In this document: piece by piece, positions 12,179 to 23,368 of the stretch
Layout of the letters: the number at the start of each line of letters is the position of its first letter
Position numbering within the stretch: the first letter of the stretch is position 1
Assembly (NCBI RefSeq): GCF_009914755.1
Contig: NC_060926.1
Direction: 5' to 3' (one strand)
Length of the DNA stretch: 64,000 nt
From: the human T2T-CHM13v2.0 reference genome, Homo sapiens
Notes under the pieces: generated by a model
What the model was told of the DNA's origin: nothing
Database searches by the model: none
Seen by the model: the letters and a program-made list of their open reading frames with translations, nothing else
Made by a program: the position numbers and the translations under genes

Positions 12179-14208
12179 GTTTTCCTGGATAGTGTTGATG
12201 TTAGTAGATGTTCTTTTTTTTTTTTTTTTTTTTTTTCTAGGTATTGAAGAGTAAGGTATTTATTGTAGTCTTTACTGTTTTGGCTAATTTGTAGCCATCC
12301 TCCTTGGGAAGACTTTTTAGATATTTGAAAGGACTTGAGTGTTGTGATCCAAGCTGTATTTACCTTAGGGGGTAACTTAAGCCCAATAACACTGTGGTTC
12401 TTGCAGACACATTGACATACTGCCTTGATGGTCTTGGACAAGATATGCTAAAATTCTTTTGATTACCAAGCAGAGACTCTTGTTCTCTTCCATTACTTTT
12501 TCCAAAACATACAGTCTCTCTCTTGTGAGCCACCTAAGGCTGTGGGTGGAGTGACACAAGCCTCCCTGTGGGCACCACCACTATTACTGTGCTGGGTTAG
12601 ACCTAAAGCCAGCACAGCCCTGGGTCTTGCCCAAGGCCTACTCCACGGATACTGCCTATGTTCACTTAATACCCTGGGGCTCTACAATCAGCAGGTGGCA
12701 AAGCCAGCTAGGCCTGTGTCCTTCACTTCAGGGTGGCAAGGTGGGTCCAGAAGTGCCATCCAGGAGTAAAGGACTAGAGTCAGAAACCTTAGAAGTCTAC
12801 CCAGTTTTCTATTATACTATGGCTGAGCTGGCACTAAAACCACAATATGCTGTCCTTCCCACTCTTTCTTCTGCTTTCCAAAGGCAGAGGAGCCTCACCC
12901 CGTAGCCACCATGACCCCAGACCACAAAGAGTACTACCAGATTACTGCCATCGTCTCTTAAGGCACAAGGTCTCTTAAGTCAGCTTGTCATGAATGCTGC
13001 CTGGCCTAGGACTTACCCTTCGGGGCAGTGAGCTCCCCTCTGGCCCAGTACAGGTCCAAAAAAACCATCCAAACATCAAGTCCTGGAATCGAGGACCCCA
13101 AGAGCCCACTTGATGCTCTACTCACCTGTGGCTGTGCTGGTGCCTAAGGCGCAAGAACAATTCCCATTTACTTTTCCCTCTGCTTTTCTCAAGAAGGAGT
13201 TTTGCTCCACAGCCACCAAGGGTGGTGATGTGCTGAGTCTTACCTGAAGCCATCAAGTCTCAGAGGATCACCCGAGCCCTCGATGTAGCACCTGGGTATT
13301 GCTGCTGGTTATTCAGGGCCCAAGGGCTCTTCAGTTATCAGATGATGAGTGCTGCCAGCACTGGGTCTTTTCCTTCAAGGCAGTGGGTTCTGGCCAGGAT
13401 GTGTCTAGAAATGTCTGTTTGCTAGGGCCTGGAACAGGGACTTCATGATTCTGTCCAGTGCCCTATCCTGCTGTGGCTGAGCTGGTATCCTAGATGCAAG
13501 ACAAAATCTTTCTCATCCTTCCCTCTTCTCTCCTCAAGCAGAAGAAAGGGGTTTCTTTTGGAGCCTTGAGCTATGCAGCCTGGTTTAGAGGAGGGGTGAT
13601 GCCAGCATTCCCTTGGCTTCCCCAGCTGGTGTCTCAGTATGTCACGTGTCCCCTCAGTCCACTGTCTCTGGACCTAGTTCAGCACTGGGACTCACCTAAT
13701 AGTTGCAGTCCTTTTGGCCTAGACTGCCTTTCAAGTTTACTTGGTGATACAGCGTGCTGTAGCCCTCGGTGGTGAGGTTTGTAGGCACTCAAGTTTGGAC
13801 CAGTGGGATCTGCAATTCCCCTCTGGCTAGGGCTGGTTTGAAAGCTCCCTCTGTGAGCAGGCATCAGCTGAGTTTGGTCTGGTTTTCCTTTCTGCTCTAA
13901 CAGAACAGCACTGAGTTCAATGCCTCACAATTGCTGTGTTCTCCCCCAGCACCCAGAGAGGCTCTCTGCATCACACTGCTGCTGTCGGGGGTGGGTGAGG
14001 GGTGGTGTTGGTGATTCAGGACTGTTTTTTCTGTCTCTTCAAAGCCTCTTTCGGTGATGAGAAGTTAAAAGCAGTACAATGAGGGCTTGCCTGATTTTTA
14101 GTTCTTATGAAAGTGTTTTATCTGTGTAGATAGTTGTTAACTTAATGTCCTTGAGAGGGGAACAATTGCTGGAGCTTTCTATTCTGCTGTTTTGCTCTGC
14201 CTCCTCTC

Positions 14209-14330
14209 AAATTATTAGAATTAATTTCACCTGTTTCTTTGGACATTTTAATGTGGCTACTAGAAAATCTAAAATTACAGATGTGGTTCGCGTTATGCTT
14301 GTATAAAGAAGTGCTATCTAGACAGTGCCA
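14209..14330 (-). mobile_element. MER33, right part
   Basis: aattaatttcacctgtttcttt...aatgtggctactagaaaatctaaaattacagatgtggttcgcgttat...gacagtgc continues the consensus where the left part stops. Confidence 0.85.
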
Positions 14331-15444
14331 GACTAAAAAAATAGGTAAGGCTTAACCAGCCAGGTAGTAAGTCTACTAACTTGTCAACTCTATTGTAGGA
14401 AGCTTTTTGCCCAGCTGTAACATAAGGAATATTCATAGTAGATAGAAAAAATTTCAATTTGAAACTGAAGAAGGAAGAGGAGATAGAGAAGAAAATATTA
14501 AGGTGATTAGCATAGCAATAGTACAATTTATTGCAAGATAGTCTTGGAAATGAAAAAAGAGAGCAGAGATCAAGTATATTCAAGTTCTCTGTTAGAAAAA
14601 GGAGATTAAGATGCAGATGATAGTCTGATAGGTTTGTGTCAACATGCTGTGCTCTATGTCAAAATTTTAGTTGGTATAACTTAGGTGGAGTATTAGAGTG
14701 TTTTTCAGTATCACCTATAAGTGCAGATAGAATGCCCTACTCCCACCTCAATGAATAACCACGTTATGCTGAGTTAAACAAATTTATAAAAGTTCGTTAA
14801 GCTTTTCCATATTATAAATCTGAGATATTCCAAATCTCTTTGAGGCACTGAAAGGCCAAAATCATTTCACGCTTTGGAACAGATAGATCGTCTCAAAATT
14901 TGTTTTCAGTAGTAGTGTATGGTTGATTTTCTTTGGGCTGGACTGCTGAAAGTAACCATGGGGATCTCCCTGGGAGCAAGAGTGAGGATGAAAAGCAGAT
15001 TCCTTCAGAAGAAACTGGTTTCGATGGACAGGATCATACATATCTCAAGTTAAAAAAAAAAGGTGGACTATTGAAATTGGAAAAGAGAGAAAATCCATTT
15101 TTTCCTCACTCATGCCTACTTTTTGTTACACATCTGTAATGGCACTACAAAACAAGTTAGCTATTCCTGGCTAATGTTGAAGAAACAAAGTCTTAAAATT
15201 AACTTTCATTAGTTCACATAAAGAAAACAAAGGTAAACTTAAGATTCTGCTTGTAAGGTCCAAACTGTCTACTTGCGAAGACAAAACGTACAGAGCAGAG
15301 AATGTTTTACCCAAAGAGAGCTTCTTTGTGGCAAATTTCTCACAATCTTAAAGGTCCAGGGCTACAGAAATTGGTATTTTCTTCAAGAGAGAGCTCTAGT
15401 GAGGGGCTTAGGAGGGCAGTTGTTGTAGATAGGTTAACTTGGTT

Positions 15445-15640
15445 AATATTGGATCAGCTGCTTGTGAGCAGTGTGACCGTAACAAGTTACTAATCTCTAA
15501 AATTTAGCGTACCCATCTTGGACATGATAATATAATAATACCTACCTATAGTGTTATCTCACGCATGCAAAAGAGTTGATACACATAAAATGCCTAATAG
15601 GATAACTGACACTTAATAAACACTAAGTGTTAACTGTTAT
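15445..15640 (+). mobile_element. MIR SINE
   Basis: gtgtgaccgtaacaagttactaatctct...ataataatacctacctatag...aaaatgcctaatag. Confidence 0.65.
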
Positions 15641-15689
15641 ATACTTCAATGGCCAATGAGGATTTATCTGTATAGTAACATATTACTCA

Positions 15690-16120
15690 TTGCTGAAGGA
15701 TGAGTTCTCTGGCATGCAGATTCTGAATGGAGCAAACTCTTCAGAAAATTGATTACTGAATACTGATGCAATCAACTCTTATGGAAGGAAGCAGAATTGG
15801 ACAGGATTGGGATGGAAGCAGGGTTTGCCAGAGGGAAAAGTTTTGTTGAGATATAGTTTCAATCCAGATTTCTGCTTGCTCCTTAGGAAGCTCTGAAGCT
15901 GGCATGGCTCTTCAGAATTGTCCAAATTAGGGTAAGGGACTTGGCCTGGAAACCCCCATGTTAAACAATCACTGGATGTGGTTTGCCTTGGGAAAAAATA
16001 TGTCTTTGGGTAAGGCAATTCATGAAGACAGCAATTTGAAAGCCACAGTCTCAGTAGCTGGGAATCAAGTTTTTCCATTCTGAAAGGGGCACTGAGCAGC
16101 ATGTCACAGCATCCACCACA
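15690..16120 (-). mobile_element. LTR16-family ERVL solo LTR
   Basis: ggaagctctgaagctggcatggctcttcagaattgtcc...cactggatgtgg; ends cacagcatccaccaca, the reverse complement of the LTR16 5' end. Confidence 0.7.
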
Positions 16121-16471
16121 CTCAACATGACCAGAAGCAGTGCCATCACTTGTCAAGGAGCTCTATTTCAGGCGTTGGAACAGATAGATCACCTGTTCAA
16201 TAAGGCCTATTAGGTTTGTGGGGAGAGGGAGTTCCAATAAAAACACCTTCTTTTGCTTCTCCTGAGTTTGAAGTCAGATGAGAAATAAGATATTTGAATC
16301 CTACACATGGAACTAGAATGACAGTTTTCTTTCTAATAAAGCTGAATTGGATAATGTGGATTTATCTCCTTCAATAATCACCCTATCTAATATACCTTCC
16401 CACTGGAATCCAACATATAACACAATCTTCAGGCCTTTCTCTGCAGAGTCAGGGCCAGACACTGTCTAGAA

Positions 16472-16498
16472 TGCAGCCCTTGGACTAGCAGAGGGCAC
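16472..16498 (+). promoter_or_regulatory. Candidate CTCF site with upstream module
   Basis: Core ctagcagagggcac (16485-16498) is one mismatch from CCAGCAGAGGGCAC; TGCAG lies 8 bp upstream; retained CpGs just downstream (gggcgatacgcgc). Confidence 0.5.
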
Positions 16499-17458
16499 CT
16501 ATGTCCTGAGGGCGATACGCGCAGAAGGAAGCAGTACTCCCAGAAGTAACTGAGCCTCATATACTCGGTGCTTTCTTCTAATTTCAGAAGAGGTCATGGG
16601 AGAGCACAGGAAGTGTTTCCATGGCTTTCTCTCAAGGGGAGTAGAAAATGAGAAAATTTTTCATTCTATAAAAATGAGAAGTGGGATTTAAACATTCCTG
16701 CTTAATTCTGCTACTTCCTCTGGCTACTTTTGGTCTTCCTTGGAGGCTTTGTGTCCTCAAAATAGCTCAACAGAAGACGTTATGTTCATTGGCATCTTCT
16801 AACAAGGTCTTTCTGTCCCTGAGGCTAGCTTTAGGCTTCTAAAGAGTGACTGTGTAGCTATGATTCTGAATTTTATAGACATGCAACACTTTTTACCACA
16901 TAGCACATAAAGATGCAAATAATTCTACAAGACTAATTATACAAAATATGATTGCCTTTCTACACCTCTTCAATTGCCATTCCAGAAAATGGCAATTTTC
17001 AAATAGTTTTGCCTTCCTATGGTATCAATCTTCATGTTTCTTAGTACTACACTTACACTGACATGTTTTGATTTTTCCACTTGAGGCATTCTCTATTGAT
17101 TTACCTGTGGAAGAGAAAGAGCTAATTTTATTTGCTGGTCACCTTTCTCATGTACACTTCCCACACTCCATCCTACCACAATAATTATGACATAATTTTT
17201 GATTAGATCAGAATTACAGTGTATTATACTATGACAACTTTTTCTTTTATGTAAAACTTCTTGGTTTCCTTAGAATTAAGAATAGTTTTTTCTTTTTTTG
17301 TTGTTTTGTTTTGTTTACCACTAATTCATTTTCACTCTTATCTCTGGTATCTAAGTATTTTTGTTAAAACACATCAAATATTTGATCGGCCTCTTCTTGA
17401 AGAATCTTTTCTGGGTCCTTCTGACCTGCTAATGTCTGAACTGTTTTGTCTCTGGGAC

Positions 17459-17460
<2 letters not shown>

Positions 17461-17489
<29 letters not shown>

Positions 17490-17637
17490 TTGAGATGGAG
17501 TCTCGCTCTTTCAGCGGGCTGGAGTGCAGTGGCGCAATCTCGACTCACTGCAACCCCCGCCTCCTGGGTGCAAGTGATTCTCATGCCTCAGTCTCCCAAG
17601 GTGTTGGGATTACAGGTGTAAGCCACAGTGCCCAGCC
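17461..17637 (-). mobile_element. Monomeric (internally deleted) AluS
   Basis: Left-arm start joined to an AluS right-arm body; (TTTTG)n tail; TSD tgtctctgggactt (17447-17460) / tgtttctgggattt (17638-17651). Confidence 0.9.
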
Positions 17638-17903
17638 TGTTTCTGGGATTTCAATGTAGCTTTCGGTCTAATATCTCCTTCCATTGCCAAGTTGGAGATT
17701 TCCTGCATCTACTTTGATTCCTAGATCCCATGTCTTTTCATTCTCTGACTTACTTCCTTATTTTGGTAACCACTGTTTCATTACTTTTCTGAGAAAGGGT
17801 GCATGAAAGGCAAATCTTTTATGATACTACATGTCTACAAATGCTTTTTATTGATCCTTATACTTAAAGTGACAGATAGGCTGAGTAAAGAATTCTAAAT
17901 TGA

Positions 17904-18185
17904 AGATAACCTGATATAACCAATTCTTAAGCTTGTAGGAGATACAGGGAGAAGCTGGGAAGGTGTGTTACTGTTTACTACCAGCTGAGTGTTCAAAACG
18001 CTCACATCTGACAAGTCAGGTTCACTCATTCTTCTGCTTTCTTGCCTGCAGCATTTGGTTTTTATAATATTTTCTCCTATTCCTTTGAATTTGTGGTATA
18101 AATAGTTCCCTGCTATTGTTTTGGTCAGGTTTCTGGAGTGGTAGCAGAGGAAAATGTGTTTTCCAAATATGCCATCTTATGAAAA
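17904..18185 (+). repeat. Direct repeat copy 1 (~282 bp); copy 2 at 19286-19574
   Basis: By-eye alignment gives about 21 substitutions and a few small indels, ~90% identity. Confidence 0.95.
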
Positions 18186-19285
18186 GTTTTAAAGCCACTA
18201 TTTCCCTGTCTCCTAAATTCAAGCAGTGCTGTTGAAAAGTCTACAGCCTTTCTCTTTCTCCATCTTTTTACTTAGCTTACTTTCTTCCTTTTAAATCTCA
18301 GCAATAGTTAGTTTTAGGTTTTGTTTTTATTCCAGTGTTGTGAAATTTTATGATGTTGTGCCTTATAGTATCTTTTACTTATTTTACAGGAAACGTGATG
18401 ACACTGTTCATTCTAGGAACTCACATAATCATTGCTGGCAATCTTTTAAAAGTTATTTTATTTTACCTTTATGTTTATTACTTATATATGAACACTTCTG
18501 AATGATTAGTAATCTTAACTGTTTATTTTAATTTTCGTTTCTATTCTCTGATCTCCACTCATTCTTCTGCTTTCTGGAAGATATGTGCAACTATTCATCA
18601 CTGTATGGTTCAATCTGCTTATTGGTGTCTGATGGGTTTGGGGGGATGTTGCCTTCCTATGTTCATTTCCGATATTCCTTGTCTTATGGTTATTCTCTTT
18701 TCATAACACTTTGTTAACTGTTCGGGGGTGTGATATTTTCCCTTATTTCAGTAAGGATATGACTGGAACTTTCTTTTTCTTTCCGAATTTCTTCTATGTC
18801 CAAGTTGTTCTTTCTATTTGTTTTGTTCTTTGCCTTTTGAATGGTATCTTCCTTAGATTTCTTATTATTTTTCTTTTAATTGCCTGTCTATTTAAAAAGA
18901 TGACATAAAAAGTTTGATTTGATATTCGGTGTATGTTGGTAGATTTTACCACAGTTGAAACGACTTCGGCTTTTCACTGTGAGCTTTAAGATTTTTCTCT
19001 TGGACTGCACATTTTCTGCCTGGAGGGTATAATTCTAGCTGCCAATACTCTTAGAGCACTGCAGAAGAAGAGTATCACATCTCTGCTGTTCTGAGTATCA
19101 TGTCTCAAGTGTTCCCTGTCTTTTACCCTCTTCACAGATAATATATCCACCTCCAACCTACAAACAGGGTGTAGGAGGGACGTTGCCTAGCTGATCCAAG
19201 AGGACAAGGGAATTTCTGATGCAGCTTCTTAAACAAACTTGCCTGATCTTTTTCTTTCTAGTACCAACTTTACATCCACTGCTCT

Positions 19286-19574
19286 AGATACCTGATGTAA
19301 CCAATTCTTAAGCTTGTAGAAGATACGGGGAGAAGTGGGGAAGGTGTGTTACTCTGTTTTCTCTACTACCAGCTGAGTGTTCAAAATGCTCATATCTGAC
19401 AAGTTAGGTTCACTCATTCTTCTGCTTCCTTGACTGTAGCATTTGGTTTTTATAATCTTTTCTCCCATTCCTTTGTATTTGTGATACAAATAGTCCTCTT
19501 GCTATTGTTTTGGTCAGGTTTCTAGAGTGGTAGCAGAGGAAAATATGTTTTCTAAATATGCCATCTTATGAAAA
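19286..19574 (+). repeat. Direct repeat copy 2 (native HAL1-like 5' end)
   Basis: agatacctgatgtaaccaattcttaagcttgtag...gccatcttatgaaaa matches 17904-18185. Confidence 0.95.
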
Positions 19575-20721
19575 TATCTTTTTTAACATATTAGTACTGT
19601 ATTTTCCCCAGATGCATACATTCACTTTCTTTCCTTTATCTCCCATACATTCAGATCTTTATGTTTAGTAAGCATGGATTTACAAACCTGAGAATCCTCT
19701 GAATCTTTAAACATTAATATATAAAATAGAACTTAATTTTCAACTGCTATCTCCCCACAAACTATCCAGAACAGGTCTTACACATTTCATCCTAATGACT
19801 ACTTTGGACCCAAAATAATTTTTATTGATAACAGTAATATGGTAATTCATTATGGTACACTGTTACCCAAGTGCTAATTAAAAGGAAAGATAGTTGAAGG
19901 ATAAAGGAGGGCTTGAAAGCACATCGCACAAAAGTTCCTTCCTAATGTATTTCCTGTCTATTACACTTATTACTGCAGGGTGGGATGACAGGTTAATTAT
20001 GTACTAGGCAGGAGAGCAGGTACAGAGGATGTTACAATCTCAAAAGCAAACACTTACAATCATTTTATCTAAATATAAGACAAACTTACCTTGATGAAGG
20101 ACTGCATTTAGTGATTATGTGTAAGGCGACCTCCTTACCTATAGATTGCAGATGGCACCCAGTTAAATCGTACACAACAAAAACTAGTACATATGTGCTG
20201 ACCCTGCAGCAGCTAACTGTGACTCATATGTAGGGAGTGTGGATATTTGAAAGTTTGCTGTTTTCTTTTACCATGGAGGGTTCTGCTTCCTCCATTTCCT
20301 TCTCAAGTCATAGTTTAACAGCAAATCTCCCACCTGGTATTTACAAATATATAATTGAAAAAATCCTATATTTATAGCTTATGTTTATTATGAAATAGTG
20401 ACAATTTGTCATTTCACTTAGGGAAGATTCTTACCCCGTGAGGGAACCCTTTGCCAACATTCTGCTCTTGGCTCCTGTCCTCTCCTGTCCTGCTCTGGAA
20501 CCCATCACCTGGTGACAAGAAGCTCATCTCCACGTGGGACAGCCCATTGAATCATCCGAGACTCCTGTTAGAAGTTCCGGTTGCTGTTTCATTTTGCTTT
20601 ATGTTGAGAAAATACATCCTTGTAACTATTTTCCACTGGTAGTTGTTCTTGTTTGCTGGACTTGTGCATCAGCTCTCACTATCTTTCACAGGAACGTTTT
20701 CTCAACTTTGAATATAGTTGA

Positions 20722-21091
20722 TTCATTAGCCTGTTCTCAGGCTGCTAATGAAGATATACCCAACACTGGGTAATTTAAAAAGGAAAGAGCTTTAATTGAC
20801 TCACAGTTCAACATAGCTGGGAGGCCTCAGGAAATTTACAATCATGGCGTAAGGGGAAGCAAACACATTCTTCTTTACATGGTGGCAGCAAGGAGAAGTG
20901 TCAAGCAAAAGGGGGAAAAGCCCCTTATAAAATCATCAGATCTCATGAGAACTCACTATCATGAGAACAGCATGGAGGTAACCGCCCCCATGATTCAATT
21001 ACCTCCCACTGGTTCCTCTTACAACATGTGGGGATTATGGGAACTACAGTTCAAGATGAGATTTGGGTGGGGACAGAGTCAAACCATATCT
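20722..21091 (-). mobile_element. THE1C-like MaLR solo LTR
   Basis: gctgctaatgaagatataccc...ggaggcctcaggaaatttacaatcatggc...ggtaaccgcccccatgattcaattacctccc...gagatttgggtggggacagagtcaaaccatatc. Confidence 0.92.
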
Positions 21092-21483
21092 CCTGAAAGT
21101 TTTGTTTCATCTCTTGTACCCCTAGTCAATTTATTTCATTATTTCTTCTTGTCACTTTTTCCCAGAATCTTCTTTATGCCAGTTGACATTCTCTGGACAG
21201 TATGTCATGATATTCTAAATGAATAGCTATAGCAATATAATATGCCAAATGTATGACTACACAGATTAAAGTAAACCTATTAAATTTGTTATTGAGATCA
21301 GTATACTTTCCCTGGTGTATACCAACTTGCCAATAGCTTTTCACTTTATAAGTTTATAGGAAGCATAGAGTTTTCCCTGTTTCCTCAACTCACCTATTGC
21401 TCCAAATAAATAAGACTTACCTATTTCTAATCAAAATATTTTCAGATTTTAGAAAACTGTAAGCAGCATACTTCTTTGTCATA

Positions 21484-22010
21484 TTTTCTTTTTTTTATTA
21501 TACTCTAAGTGTTAGGGTACATGTGCACAACGTGCAGGTTAGTTACATATGTATACATGTGCCATGGTGGTGTGCTGCACCCATTAACTTGTCATTTAAT
21601 ATTAGGTATATCTCCTAATGCTTTCCCTCCCCCCTCCCCCCACCCCACAACATGCCCCCATGTGTGATGTTCCCCTTCCTGTGTCCTTGTGTTCTCATTG
21701 TTCAATTCCCACCTATAAGTGAGAACATGTGGTGTTTGGTTTTTTGTCCTTGCGATAGTTTGCCGAGAATGGTGGTTTCCAGCTTCATCCATGTCCCTGC
21801 AAAGGACATGAACTCATCCTTTTTTATGGCTGCATAGTATTCCATGGTGTATATGTGCCACATTTTCTTAATCCAGTCTATCATTGTTGGACATTTGGGT
21901 TGGTTCCAAGTCTTTGCTATTGTGAATAGTGCCACAATAAACATACGTGTGCATGTGTCTTTATAGCAGCATGATTTATAATCCTTTGGGTATATACCCA
22001 GTAATGGGAT
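21484..22010 (-). mobile_element. L1PA (approx. PA4-PA5) 3' end with poly(A), non-inverted part
   Basis: T-rich tail then tattatactctaagtgttagggtacatgtgcacaacgtgcagg; ORF2 C-terminus in the ORF track ([19 protein letters not shown]...HMFSLIGGN). Confidence 0.95.
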
Positions 22011-22177
22011 TCAACATATGCAAATCAATAAACATAATCCAGCATATAAACAGAACCAATGACAAAAACCATATGATTATCTCAATAGATGCAGAAAAGG
22101 CCTTCGACAAAGTTCAACAACCTTCATGCTACAAACTCTCAATAAATCAGGTATTGATGGGATGTATCTCAAGTAAT
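22011..22177 (+). mobile_element. L1PA ORF2 RT fragment, inverted relative to the adjoining 3' end
   Basis: Translates [38 protein letters not shown] on the + strand, fused directly to the minus-strand 3' piece. Confidence 0.92.
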
Positions 22178-22872
22178 TTTTCAATGTATTTTCTCTTCGA
22201 ATAATTTCAGTTCTTCTGAAAATGTGTATACTTTTCCAGTGTGGAGATTGCACTTGGTGTTTTATTTTAACTGACTCTTCTTCACTCTTTGGCACCCAGA
22301 ATATGGTGAATGGCTAATAATACTTAATCCATTTTGATTTATCCATCAAATTAATATTTATAAACAAATTCAGTCTCAGGTACTGAGTTAAGCTCTGCTG
22401 CAGCACATATTAGTAAGCTAAGTAGGATCCCAATCTTTGGGGAAAGATAGAAATATAAACAAGTTGCTCTAACAGATGATAACTGCAGTGGAAGGTATAC
22501 TATAGGTATAATGCAATGACGGTGAGGCAGAATGAGTTTCCCAACTTCTCAAGCTATTCTGAATGTGCTCTGCTTTTGGTGGCCAAAATCAAACTGTGGG
22601 ACCATGGTGAATTGATGTGATGCTTTGATAACTTTTCCTGACATGCCAACTTATGAATGATAATGCCACTTTTATAAGTCTACTGGTTTGTTTATATTGT
22701 TTTATTGGTAACATCAGACACTCACCTCTGAGAAAAATAGTAATAAACTGTGAAAAAAAGCCAAGTATAAATAATTTAGATTGATTAATAATTCTATAAA
22801 AAATAGAATAATGTCATTACCTGTCAGAGAATCCTTGACCAAATCACAGTTCTTTGCCTCTTTCAAAATATG

Positions 22873-23020
22873 TTCACATTTGCAATTCTATTCAATCCTC
22901 ATAGTAACAGCAAGGTAGGTAGAATAGAGATTTTGTCTCCAATGAGATGAGAAAACTGAGGAGATTTGGCTTTCTTGGCCAAAGTGGTACGACCAATGTG
23001 CAACAGACATGTGGTCTTCT
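22873..23020 (-). mobile_element. MIR SINE fragment
   Basis: ttcaatcctcatagtaac...gatgagaaaactgagg. Confidence 0.65.
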
Positions 23021-23036
23021 GAATTTCAGCTTTTTC

Positions 23037-23368
23037 TTTTTTTCTTTATCTTTTCTTTTCTTTCTTTCTTTTTTTTTTTTTTTTTTTTTTTTGAGACGGA
23101 GTTTCGCTCTTTTGCCCAGGCTGGAGTGAAGTGGTACAATCTTGGCTCACTGCAACCTCCGCCCCCTGGGTTCAAGCGATTCTCCTGCCTCCCGAGTGGC
23201 TGGGATTATAGGCACCTGCCACCATGCCCAGCTAATTTTTGTATTTTTAGTAGAGATGGGGTTTCACCATGTTGGGCAATTTGGTCTCAAACTCCTGACC
23301 TCAGGTGATCCACCCACCTTGGCCTCCTAACGTGCTAGTATTACAGGCTTGAGCCACCATGCCCAGTC
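23037..23368 (-). mobile_element. AluS (Sq/Sx-like), full length
   Basis: Both arms present; long T/TC tail; TSD tcagctttttc at 23026-23036 and 23369-23379. Confidence 0.95.

Larger units (their letters stand above)
6546..14208 (-). mobile_element. Full-length (~7.66 kb) L1MA1/L1MA2-type LINE-1, decayed
   Basis: L1MA1/2-type 3' UTR (ccatcccctcaagcatttatcc, ttacaaacaatccaat); ORF2 fragments in the ORF track ([32 protein letters not shown]); ORF1; ~2 kb 5' UTR. 18 bp TSD aagttattaaaattaatt (6528-6545) / aaattattagaattaatt (14209-14226), 16/18 identical. Confidence 0.93.
16900..19575 (-). mobile_element. HAL1 (half-L1)-like ancient LINE relic
   Basis: ctgagaaagggtgcatg...tacatgtctacaaatgc...agaattctaaattg (ORF1-like); 5' end tctcccattcctttgt...gccatctt. 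Homologous to the relic at ~58-60.4 kb. Confidence 0.6.

Noticed and set aside
18556-18575. Exact 20-mer cactcattcttctgctttct also found at 18023-18042
   Set aside because: It is pyrimidine-rich and part of it is expected native ORF1-like sequence, so I cannot separate a short conversion event from chance.
17904-19574. Direct repeats as the paired LTRs of a small retrotransposon
   Set aside because: No TG...CA termini, PBS, PPT or TSD; the interior is colinear HAL1-like sequence continuing from outside the first repeat.
20084-20160. Minus-strand donors AAG|GTAAGT and TAG|GTAAGG, plus a weak CTCF-like gcagatggcac
   Set aside because: There is no convincing partner acceptor, and such short matches are expected by chance in 64 kb.
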